Both the position numbers and the translations under genes were made by a program. The notes beneath the pieces were generated by a model. It did not search any database, was not told the origin of the DNA, and was given only the letters and a program-made list of their open reading frames with translations. A stretch of 56,757 nt of DNA. Origin: Clostridia bacterium (GTDB lineage Bacteria; Bacillota; Clostridia; Oscillospirales; QAKW01). The stretch covers positions 1 to 56,757 of the forward strand of contig JAFUNM010000048.1 of the NCBI GenBank assembly GCA_017482195.1, given 5' to 3'. Positions 16,769 to 24,965 of the stretch are shown in pieces; position 1 is the first letter of the stretch; each line of letters starts with the position of its first letter.

Positions 16769-17939
16769 TTCCGTCTCCTTCATTTACATTTTTATAGCGA
16801 TAAGCCATGTTCATATATTTAATGGCATTGAAGCGTTTGCCGCCCTTCATCTGCCAGACCTTTCCGTCCCAATAGACCACCAGTTTATTTTTGCCCTGAA
16901 CCGTAATACCGGTGACTGCCGTAAAGGGGACGGCGGTCTCCCCCACCGTCAGCCGATCGCCGAAGAGCTGCAGTTCCGTCTCCTTTAGAAGAATGTTTTT
17001 CTTTTGATAAAGAACGACTTCCGAAAGCCGCACCGTGTCCGTGTACATGGGGATCTTCAAAAAGGCATTGGGATCCAGTTGATTAACAAAATCACATTGA
17101 TAATCATACCAATCGGCCACAAAACGGAAGGGGATCGTCTCTCCCACGCCCTCCAGTTCTTTGGTGGGTTTATGGCGTACCGTCAGGCCGCAGTTCTTAC
17201 AGCGGATCCGATCCTCCCGGCTCTCAAACTCCGAAAGACCGCACTTGGGACAAACATACAGCAACCGCTCCAGAAACTCCGCATTTTGGGGATGCTCATA
17301 AGCCCCATCGGCCTGCGCCTCATTCACATTCATCTCCCGCTGTAAAAGAGCAAAAAGCTCTTCATCGCTCATCCCGGAATACTCTTCCGTTTCCACCACA
17401 CGGGAGACATAGGCCCGCATGGGTCCTTTACGCACCACATCACTCCACCGGGGATGTACTCCATAGCCGCCCTCAATGCGAAAGACCGCCAGCGGCAGAT
17501 GTAATTTTCGAATAAGTTTTACGATGGACGGTTTAATATAAGCGGTCTTGCCGCAATAAGTACGGTTTCCCTCAGGAGCCAGGGCGATGGTGCCGCCCTC
17601 TCTTGCGACCCGGATACAATTGGCGACCGCATGGACATCCACCGTCTGCTTTTTAATCGGAATCGGTGCCACCGCCCAGGTAAGCAGGCGGGAGATCCAG
17701 CCGTTGGAGAAGAGATCTTCTGAGGCAATATAGTAGACCGGTCCCCGAAAGGCCATCCCCACCAAAAACTGATCGCAGAAGGTGGTATGATTCATAACAA
17801 TAAGATAAGGCCGCTTGCCCTGCTCCCTGAATTTTTCCACCTTCACTCCGTACCACAGCCGTACATAAATTCCCAAGGTGGCGGCAGCGATGGCACGGAT
17901 GATACCGTGGCGTTTTTTGATCCATTTCTTCTTACTCAT
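16746..17939 (-). CDS. Lysophospholipid (1-acyl-glycerol-3-phosphate) acyltransferase family protein with a C-terminal zinc-ribbon extension
   Basis: HxxxxD box NHTTFCD and an APEGNRT motif, then CPKCG...CKNCG. It overlaps the downstream gene start by 23 nt. Confidence 0.75.
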   Translation of the reverse strand: MSKKKWIKKRHGIIRAIAAATLGIYVRLWYGVKVEKFREQGKRPYLIVMNHTTFCDQFLVGMAFRGPVYYIASEDLFSNGWISRLLTWAVAPIPIKKQTVDVHAVANCIRVAREGGTIALAPEGNRTYCGKTAYIKPSIVKLIRKLHLPLAVFRIEGGYGVHPRWSDVVRKGPMRAYVSRVVETEEYSGMSDEELFALLQREMNVNEAQADGAYEHPQNAEFLERLLYVCPKCGLSEFESREDRIRCKNCGLTVRHKPTKELEGVGETIPFRFVADWYDYQCDFVNQLDPNAFLKIPMYTDTVRLSEVVLYQKKNILLKETELQLFGDRLTVGETAVPFTAVTGITVQGKNKLVVYWDGKVWQMKGGKRFNAIKYMNMAYRYKNVNEGDGNGKFLGF

Positions 17940-18024
17940 TTATTACCCCTAAATAATGCATAGATATTATAATTATATAATTAATCGGGAAAGATTGCAA
18001 CAGATTAAACTATTTTAATCCACC

Positions 18025-18053
18025 TTGACGGTTTCCTTACTTTTCCTTATAAT
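18025..18053 (+). promoter_or_regulatory. Sigma-70 promoter of the reductase-AcnX operon
   Basis: TTGACG (18025-18030), a 17-nt spacer, then TATAAT (18048-18053). Confidence 0.55.
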
Positions 18054-18092
18054 AAAAGTAATAATTTTTTCGAGAAGGATGTGTTTTGATTT

Positions 18093-20153
18093 ATGGATCA
18101 AAAATACGAAGCACTGTTTACCCCCTGGAAGATCGGCAATGTGGAGATTAAAAACCGCATTGTGCTCTGCCCCATGGGCGGCACCTCTCTTTTCGGCTGG
18201 TTCGAGCTGACCGGCTGTAAATTCGATAAGGAGGCCGCAAAATTCTTCCTGGAGCGGGCAAACAACAATGTGGGACTGATCATCCCCGGCATCGCCCCTC
18301 TGCGCGATACCTTCTGGGGAAAGTGGCTGTGGCAGAATCCCAAGATGTTTGAAGAGCTGAAAGAATTTATGGACGAGATCCATAAGACCGGCGCCAAACT
18401 TTTTATTCAGCTTACAGCCGGTATGGGCCGTTCCTGGGCCATTACCGAGTTGGTCGCACCGCTGCACAAAAACAAGATCACCCGTGCCATCATCAAACCC
18501 ATTATTGATACCAACCATGAGTTGGCAAGCCCCAGTCCGCTGCCCTCCCGCTGGGATCCGGAGATCACCACCCCGGAACTGACGGTAGAACAGATCCATG
18601 AGATCATCGAGGCCTTTGCCAAAACCGCAAAGCTCTGTAAGGACGCAGGGGTGGACGGTGTGGAGGTCCATGCAGTCCATGAGGGTTATCTTCTGGATCA
18701 GTTTACCATGGATTGGACCAATAAGCGCACCGATGAATACGGCGGCTCCTTTGAAAACCGCTACCGCTTCCCGGTAGAAGTGGTGCAGGCCATCAAAAAA
18801 GCCTGCGGCGAGGATTTCCCCGTATCCGTCCGCTACTCGGTAGAGTCCAAGGTCAAGGATTTCCGCGAAGGTGCCCTTCCCGGCGAGATCTACGAGGAAA
18901 AGGGCCGAACGATGGAAGAGTCGGAGAAGGCTGCCAAGTACCTGCAGGATGCGGGCTACGATATGCTCAATGCCGACAACGGTACCTACGATTCCTGGTA
19001 CTGGGCCCATCCCCCTATGTATATGCCCCAAAACTGCAACTTAGAGAGCGTTGCTCATATCAAGAAGTTTGTGGATATCCCGGTGGTTTGCGCCGGTAGA
19101 ATGGAGCCGGAGGTCGGCGCAGAGGCGGTAGCCGACGGCCGCATCGACGCTGTGGGCATCGCCCGCCAGTTTTTGGCCGATCCTGAATGGATCACCAAAA
19201 TGATCGAGGAACGGTTGGAGGATATCCGCCCCTGTATCTGTTGCCATGCCGGCTGCTTTAATTTCTCTTCCTCCAAGGGCCATGCCAATACCCAGGATCT
19301 GACCGATACCATGGGCCTTGCCCGCTGCGCCTTGAATCCTGAGACCATGCAGTCCAAGAAATACCATATTGAGCCGGCGAAAAAGCAGAAGAATATTGCG
19401 ATCATCGGCGGCGGCATCGGCGGCATGGAGTCTGCTCTGGTATGCGCCAAACGGGGTCATAAGGTAACGCTTTATGAAAAGTCCGGCGAGCTGGGCGGCG
19501 TATTCATTGCGGCAGCTGCGCCCTCCTTCAAAGAAAAGGATAAGGATCTGATCGCCTGGTACAAACGGGAGCTAACCAAATATCCCATTGAGGTCAAGCT
19601 GAATACCGAGATCACCCAGATCGACGCTTTAGGTGCCGACGAGGTCATTGTGGCCACCGGCTCCGCCGCCAACCGTATTCCGGTTCCCGGTGCCGATAAG
19701 GGCATTGAGGCCATCGATTTCCTGCTGGGCAAAAAGAAAGTGGGTGAAAGAGTCACGGTCATCGGCGGCGGTCTTACCGGCTGTGAGATCGCTTATGAGC
19801 TATACCTGCAGGGCAAAAAGCCCACGATTGTGGAAATGCAGGACGATCTGATCACCACCAAGGGTGTTTGTCTTGCCAACACCAGTTACTTAAGAGATTT
19901 CTTTAAAACCAACAAGGTTCCTGTCCATCTGGAGACCCGCCTTACTTCCATCGTGGAAGACGGCGTAACGGTTACCGATAAAGAGGGCAAGACCTTCAAG
20001 ATCGATGCCGACTCTGTGATCCTGTCCACCGGATACTGCAGTGCACCCATCGCCAAAAAGGCAAAGCATGTTCACATTGTGGGCGATGCCTGTAAGGTGG
20101 GCAATCTGCGCACCGTCATCTGGCAGGCCTGGGACATTTGTATGAAATTATAA
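18093..20153 (+). CDS. 2-enoate reductase / 2,4-dienoyl-CoA-reductase-type flavoenzyme (OYE-like TIM barrel, 4Fe-4S, FAD/NAD(P) domain)
   Basis: N-terminal OYE-like region (NRIVLCPMGG, HAVHEGYLLDQF, RTDEYGGSFENR), a Cys cluster CICCHAGC...C, and a C-terminal Rossmann motif IAIIGGGIGGME. Confidence 0.8.
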   Translation: MDQKYEALFTPWKIGNVEIKNRIVLCPMGGTSLFGWFELTGCKFDKEAAKFFLERANNNVGLIIPGIAPLRDTFWGKWLWQNPKMFEELKEFMDEIHKTGAKLFIQLTAGMGRSWAITELVAPLHKNKITRAIIKPIIDTNHELASPSPLPSRWDPEITTPELTVEQIHEIIEAFAKTAKLCKDAGVDGVEVHAVHEGYLLDQFTMDWTNKRTDEYGGSFENRYRFPVEVVQAIKKACGEDFPVSVRYSVESKVKDFREGALPGEIYEEKGRTMEESEKAAKYLQDAGYDMLNADNGTYDSWYWAHPPMYMPQNCNLESVAHIKKFVDIPVVCAGRMEPEVGAEAVADGRIDAVGIARQFLADPEWITKMIEERLEDIRPCICCHAGCFNFSSSKGHANTQDLTDTMGLARCALNPETMQSKKYHIEPAKKQKNIAIIGGGIGGMESALVCAKRGHKVTLYEKSGELGGVFIAAAAPSFKEKDKDLIAWYKRELTKYPIEVKLNTEITQIDALGADEVIVATGSAANRIPVPGADKGIEAIDFLLGKKKVGERVTVIGGGLTGCEIAYELYLQGKKPTIVEMQDDLITTKGVCLANTSYLRDFFKTNKVPVHLETRLTSIVEDGVTVTDKEGKTFKIDADSVILSTGYCSAPIAKKAKHVHIVGDACKVGNLRTVIWQAWDICMKL

Positions 20154-20163
20154 GGAGGCCGTT

Positions 20164-21438
20164 ATGTATTTAACAGAAGAACAACAAGCCATTTTAAATG
20201 GCTCCAAGGGTGAAACCATGGCCAAGGTCATGAAGACCTTAGTCATGTACGGGGATGCCTTCGGCGCCGAAAAACTGGTGCCGGTCACCGGCGAATATAA
20301 CCACCTGGTCACCTCCTTCGGTCTGAAAATGATCGGGCCGGTCTATGACCTGATGGATCAGCTGATCGGAGCGGGTGCCGTCTCTCAGCAGAAATTCTCC
20401 ATGGACCCCCGTCCTCTGGATAAGAATGTGCCCGCCAATCCCATTATGAACCTGATCTTCAATAAGTTCATGTATTCCAAGCAGGATTTCTACGAGGATC
20501 AGCTGCAAAAGCTGGGACTGATGGATAAAAACGCCTTTACCTGCGCCTGCTATCTGGATCAGGTAGGCAACAAGCCCAAGAAGGGCGAGATCCTAAGCTG
20601 GGCCGAGTCCTCCGCGGTGGCCTATGTCAACTCGGTCTTAGGTGCCCGTTGCAACCGCAACTCCGGTATTATGGATATTATGGGCTCCATTGCAGGCTAT
20701 GTTCCTTATTTCGGTCTGCTGACCGACGAAGGCCGAAAGGCCACCTGGGTCATTAAAGTGGAGACCACCAAAAAGCCCGAGGCACAGCTTTTAGGCTCTG
20801 CCATCGGCATGAAGGTGATGGAGGATGTTCCTTACATCGTCGGGCTTGACAAATGGCTGGGCACGGAGCTCACCGACGAGGCCTGCTCCTACCTCAAGGA
20901 CTTCGGCGCCGCCACCGCCTCCAACGGTGCGGTGGGTCTCTACCATGTGGCGAACCTGACTCCTGAGGCGGTTGAGCTGAGCGAAAGCCTCATCGCCGAG
21001 GGTGCTAAAGAATATGTCATCACCGATGCAGAGCTGCAGCGTGTTTATGACGAATATCCCATTATCTGGAAGAACAAAGATGCCAAGCCCAAGCTCTGCT
21101 TTATGGGTTGTCCCCATATGAGCCTGCAGCAGCTGAAGGATTGGACCGACAAGGTGGAAACCGCCCTCAAAGAGGCCGGCAACAAGAAGGTACTGATCCC
21201 CACCGTCTTTACGGCGGCCCCCGGTGTCATCGAAGAATTTGAAAAAACGCCTTATGCCGCTCGGCTCAAGGCCACCGGTGTGATCGTGTCCTATATCTGT
21301 CCGCTGATGTATATGAACAATCCTTTGGCAGGCAAGATGCCGGTCATTACCTCTTCCAATAAGCTGCGTACTTATACCACCGCACGCTACTATACCGACG
21401 AGGAGATCCTCGTTCAGATCACGAAAGGAGGCAAATAA
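20164..21438 (+). CDS. Aconitase X catalytic subunit (DUF521)
   Basis: The N-terminus MYLTEEQQAILNGSKGETMAKVMKTLVMYGDAFGAEKLVPVTG is typical of DUF521/AcnX large subunits. It starts 10 nt after the reductase stop. Confidence 0.8.
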   Translation: MYLTEEQQAILNGSKGETMAKVMKTLVMYGDAFGAEKLVPVTGEYNHLVTSFGLKMIGPVYDLMDQLIGAGAVSQQKFSMDPRPLDKNVPANPIMNLIFNKFMYSKQDFYEDQLQKLGLMDKNAFTCACYLDQVGNKPKKGEILSWAESSAVAYVNSVLGARCNRNSGIMDIMGSIAGYVPYFGLLTDEGRKATWVIKVETTKKPEAQLLGSAIGMKVMEDVPYIVGLDKWLGTELTDEACSYLKDFGAATASNGAVGLYHVANLTPEAVELSESLIAEGAKEYVITDAELQRVYDEYPIIWKNKDAKPKLCFMGCPHMSLQQLKDWTDKVETALKEAGNKKVLIPTVFTAAPGVIEEFEKTPYAARLKATGVIVSYICPLMYMNNPLAGKMPVITSSNKLRTYTTARYYTDEEILVQITKGGK

Positions 21439-21440
21439 GT

Positions 21441-21890
21441 ATGAAAACCTTTAGAGGACGCGTTGTGGCTCCCGGCAATGTGACTGCCGAAGCCTTAGTG
21501 ACCCATAGCGGTCTCAACACCTTAGCCTCCTTCCAAAAGGCTCTGCAGTTCGGCGATAAGGAAGCCACCTGCGGCGATCAGAACAACCCCGATCTCTACG
21601 GCAAGGCCATGCGGGGCAAGGCGCTCTGCCTTCCCCAGACCATCGGCTCCACCACCGGCGGCATGGTGCTTTATTGCGCCTGCGCCATGAAGCGGCAGCC
21701 GGCCTGCATGCTCTTCTCCAACCATATCGACTCTCTGGCAGCCGCCGGCTCCATTCTGGCAGATGTTTGGCTGGATGATGTTTCCATGCCGGTCATTGAC
21801 TGCTTAGGCGATGAGTTCCTCAACTATGTAAAGGACGGTATGCGCATTACGGTAAACGAAGATGGCACAGTAACCGTCGATGATCTCTAA
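21441..21890 (+). CDS. Aconitase X swivel-domain subunit (DUF126)
   Basis: 149 aa with the pattern FRGRVVAPGNVTAEALV...GKALCLPQTIGSTTGGMVL characteristic of the DUF126 small subunit. It starts 2 nt after the large subunit. Confidence 0.75.
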   Translation: MKTFRGRVVAPGNVTAEALVTHSGLNTLASFQKALQFGDKEATCGDQNNPDLYGKAMRGKALCLPQTIGSTTGGMVLYCACAMKRQPACMLFSNHIDSLAAAGSILADVWLDDVSMPVIDCLGDEFLNYVKDGMRITVNEDGTVTVDDL

Positions 21891-21895
21891 AAACA

Positions 21896-21931
21896 AAAGG
21901 TCCCGAAGCGTTCCACTTCGGGACCTTTTTA
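21896..21931 (+). terminator. Rho-independent terminator
   Basis: ggtcccgaag (21899-21908) pairs with ttcgggacc (21917-21925), followed by TTTTT. Confidence 0.8.
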
Positions 21932-22162
21932 TAATTTGTAGATTATGACAAAAATTTTTATTTAAAAGCTGGGTTCTAATTATATAATCGTAATGTTTGA
22001 TTTAAAATTTCAATCAAAACAAATCAAAAATGCTCTAAATCCCACCTAAAAACCAGAATTTTTTAAAATAAGTATTTTAAATTGTGAACAAATTTTAAAG
22101 TTGGACAAAAAAGTTGCACAAATTTCATTTTTGTTAAATGTGATGAATTTATAAAATCGCAT

Positions 22163-22189
22163 TTGCATCCATTATTTTTTTGCTATAAT
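22163..22189 (+). promoter_or_regulatory. Candidate promoter with extended -10
   Basis: TTGCAT (22163-22168), a 15-nt spacer, then TGcTATAAT (22181-22189). The short spacer is compensated by the TGn extension. Confidence 0.45.
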
Positions 22190-22222
22190 AAAATTGTAAA
22201 ACACAAAAAGGGGGTGATACCA

Positions 22223-22249
22223 ATGGCACATTATTTTATCAGTAGTTAG
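22223..22249 (+). CDS. Mini-ORF MAHYFISS (8 codons) with a very strong SD, upstream of the subtilase gene
   Basis: AAAAAGGGGGTGATACC precedes ATG 22223 and TAG lies at 22247-22249. It ends 27 nt before the subtilase ATG. Whether it is translated is not known. Confidence 0.3.
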   Translation: MAHYFISS

Positions 22250-22276
22250 TGATTTATTAAACGGAGGTTTATATTT

Positions 22277-24040
22277 ATGAAAAAAAGATTGATTTCATTT
22301 ATTTCAACACTTGCACTTGCTCTTTCTATGTGTTCATTAATTTCTGCAGAGACCATCAATGCTCACGCCGCAAAAATAGACATACTTCTACAACAAAAAA
22401 TGAACACAACTACAACATCAGAAAAAATCCCTATTGTCATTTGGCTAGAGGACATTGACCATGATTCCATCTTGGAACAAGCAAAAATAAATACCAACTA
22501 TGATGAGACCGCCTCTAACAAAAGCGTGCTCTCTTTACAAGAATTGCAGTTTCTTGACTCCATCGCAACCAGTGATGTAAATCAAGATATTACAAATTAT
22601 CTAAATCAAACGAAAGAACAGCGGGCTGCAGACCTTCAACAAACCAATAGTTTTATCCTGGAAAAACGAAATCTTTCTAAGTCCGCTTACCAAACACACA
22701 ACTCTAAATTTGTTCAAGAGTTAAATTTGAACAACATAGAATTTATTAGCCAATATGCCCCTTTAATTATTTGTAATGCATCCATAAATGATATTAAGAA
22801 TCTAATTAAAAACGATAGTGTAACCAACATTTATTATCACGATGATGCCCCTGTCGAAGATTACTTATCAAGCAGTCTTCCTACGATTAACGGAAGCTAT
22901 ACAAGAAATGTTCAGGGCTTAACGGGTGATGGCGTAAAAATAGGACAAATTGAAGCGGGAATTCCTTTTACTTCCCATTCGGATTTTTCCGACAGTAGCA
23001 TAACTTTTCCCTCTACGCTTTCTTTTTCACAAAACATGCATGCGACATGGGTCGCCGGTATTCTAGTGGGCAAAAACGGCATGGCACCGGATGCTCAGCT
23101 CTATTCGGTCGGCATAAACGAAAACAGTTCTTTTTATACAGTTACTGAAACTTTACTTAATAGCGGTGTTCATGTTATCAACATGAGTGCCGGTTGGTCA
23201 ACATCGACCGGTACATACGACAGTATAGCAAATTGGGTCGATCATATTGTTCACCAACACAACGTTTCTTTTGTCGCAGCAGCCGGAAACAATGGCGCTT
23301 CAGCATATGTTTCCACCCCTGCTCTCGCTTATAATTGCATCGCCGTCGGCGGAATCAGTGATGAACAAACCACTGATGTTTCAAATGATGTACTGTATGA
23401 TAATACAAGTCAAAAACATCTGGTCTGCAATAAACCTGAAGTTTATGCTCCGGCAGTTTTAGTCTCAGCGGCCGGATACGAAGACAACGGAACAAGTGCC
23501 GCTGCTCCGCATGTCGCCGGACTGATTGCTCAACTCATTGAAGCAAAGCCTTCCATCGCGGCAAAACCCAATTTGATCAAAGCGCTTGTTATGGTTGGCG
23601 GTCACGACTTTAATAATCGAAATACATATAATAATACTAATAGCGCTGAATCTTTTTATTGTGCCGGCGTGGTTGATTCCTTAGATAGTTTTAATACTGT
23701 CCGAAATAACCGATTTACATCCGGCACGTTAACAAACAGTTATACAAAAACCATTACTGTAAGCGGAACTGTCAATTTTATCAGAATCGTTCTTGTGTGG
23801 AATAAACAAGTATCTTCCAACAATCACACCGGAACCATTAACAGCAATATTCCTTTAACTGATATCAATATGGCTTTATACGATCCTAATGGTAATATGG
23901 TTGGGTACTCAGCAAGTCCGAGTCCCTTTGAAATTATTCATTTTCCCACAACACAAACGGGTACATACACCCTGCAAATTGCCAAAGACGAATACAGTAC
24001 TACAAGTGAAAGCTTTGCTATCGCATGGCAATTTGTTTAA
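22277..24040 (+). CDS. Secreted subtilisin-family (S8) peptidase; the Asp box reads Glu
   Basis: Signal peptide present. Asp-box position VKIGQIEAGI, His box MHATWVAGI, oxyanion AAAGNNG, Ser box GTSAAAPHVAGLIA, and a C-terminal beta-rich domain. The gene is visibly AT-rich. Confidence 0.85.
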   Translation: MKKRLISFISTLALALSMCSLISAETINAHAAKIDILLQQKMNTTTTSEKIPIVIWLEDIDHDSILEQAKINTNYDETASNKSVLSLQELQFLDSIATSDVNQDITNYLNQTKEQRAADLQQTNSFILEKRNLSKSAYQTHNSKFVQELNLNNIEFISQYAPLIICNASINDIKNLIKNDSVTNIYYHDDAPVEDYLSSSLPTINGSYTRNVQGLTGDGVKIGQIEAGIPFTSHSDFSDSSITFPSTLSFSQNMHATWVAGILVGKNGMAPDAQLYSVGINENSSFYTVTETLLNSGVHVINMSAGWSTSTGTYDSIANWVDHIVHQHNVSFVAAAGNNGASAYVSTPALAYNCIAVGGISDEQTTDVSNDVLYDNTSQKHLVCNKPEVYAPAVLVSAAGYEDNGTSAAAPHVAGLIAQLIEAKPSIAAKPNLIKALVMVGGHDFNNRNTYNNTNSAESFYCAGVVDSLDSFNTVRNNRFTSGTLTNSYTKTITVSGTVNFIRIVLVWNKQVSSNNHTGTINSNIPLTDINMALYDPNGNMVGYSASPSPFEIIHFPTTQTGTYTLQIAKDEYSTTSESFAIAWQFV

Positions 24041-24055
24041 AACAAGGAGGTTCTT

Positions 24056-24847
24056 TTGAAAAAAGCTTTTCTATTCATCTTCGTTGCTGTCCTTCTTTTA
24101 TTTACGGGATGCTCGGCATTAAAAAGCGAAGAGGATCCGCTGATCGCAACACCATCGGAAGAAGTGAATGAAACCATCATACCCTCTCCGGCGCCTTCCG
24201 ATGAAGCAGTTGATACTCCTACTCCGACACCTTCCAACGAAACGGTTGATATTCCTGCACAAAAAGAACCGGATCTTCCCGAAGAAGCTATAACAACCAA
24301 ACCGGTTGCGGAGGTTCCAACGACCGATCCCTCCCAGAACACAGTAACATTCCCGTATCATACCGATCTGTCTGAGTATTGGGGAGGAAATGCCGATTTA
24401 TTACCGTCTATCTTCCGTTGCGACGAGTGTCCTGAAGCCGCATTGAGCGATTCCCATAAATGTGTCCCTCTACCGCTGATCCGATTGGATACCGCAGATG
24501 CTCTGGCGCTGTTGCAAGATCGACTCGAAGATCACAGCTTGGACGGTTCACTTCCACCCTTTCAAAAAGTAACCTCCCATTGCGACGATACCTTTTTTGA
24601 AAGCAACAGTCTGATTGTGGTACACATTCGTTCATTGAGTTGCTCTTATCGGTATGAAGCCCGATCCGTTGAGCAAAGGGGTGAATCCCTTTCTTTTACG
24701 CTCGCTCCCGAGGACATCACCGAAGATACACTTCTTGATTGGGGGGAAGGCAACTTTCTACTAACCATTATCGTCCCCAAAGCCGATCTTAAAGGTTGTA
24801 CGCAGATTTACGCCCATGCCGATACTTTAACGCCTAATCTGATCTGA
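24056..24847 (+). CDS. Lipoprotein-like protein with a P/T/E-rich linker and a Cys-containing C-terminal domain
   Basis: TTG start 6 nt after AAGGAGG. The signal ends LLFTGC|S. It starts 15 nt after the protease stop. Function unknown. Confidence 0.7.
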   Translation: MKKAFLFIFVAVLLLFTGCSALKSEEDPLIATPSEEVNETIIPSPAPSDEAVDTPTPTPSNETVDIPAQKEPDLPEEAITTKPVAEVPTTDPSQNTVTFPYHTDLSEYWGGNADLLPSIFRCDECPEAALSDSHKCVPLPLIRLDTADALALLQDRLEDHSLDGSLPPFQKVTSHCDDTFFESNSLIVVHIRSLSCSYRYEARSVEQRGESLSFTLAPEDITEDTLLDWGEGNFLLTIIVPKADLKGCTQIYAHADTLTPNLI

Positions 24848-24859
24848 CTTTTTGCAAAT

Positions 24860-24894
24860 GCCCCGCCATACAGTTGTATGGCGGGGCGTTTTTT
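24860..24894 (+). terminator. Rho-independent terminator
   Basis: gccccgccata (24860-24870) pairs with tatggcggggc (24877-24887), followed by GTTTTTT. Confidence 0.8.
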
Positions 24895-24965
24895 AACAAT
24901 ACGCACGGTTGCATCTTTTCCTCCGATATGATATGATTAAACCATCCCAACGAGGAGGTTCTTTT

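Noticed and set aside
18015-19031. 338-aa ORF on the minus strand, antisense to the enoate-reductase-type gene
   Set aside because: It lies entirely within a gene with clear family motifs on the opposite strand. It has no SD, and its Gly/His/Leu/Arg-rich composition is typical of antisense frames in G+C-rich coding DNA.
24909-24965. N-terminal extensions from the ORF track: 24909 for the MFS-GH2 gene, and similarly 6295 for apbE, 8310 for the NusG-II gene, 30923, 34199, 45822 and 47017
   Set aside because: In each case an internal ATG preceded by a good SD (or by a -10 box for birA) gives the family-typical N-terminus. The extensions overlap upstream genes or terminators.
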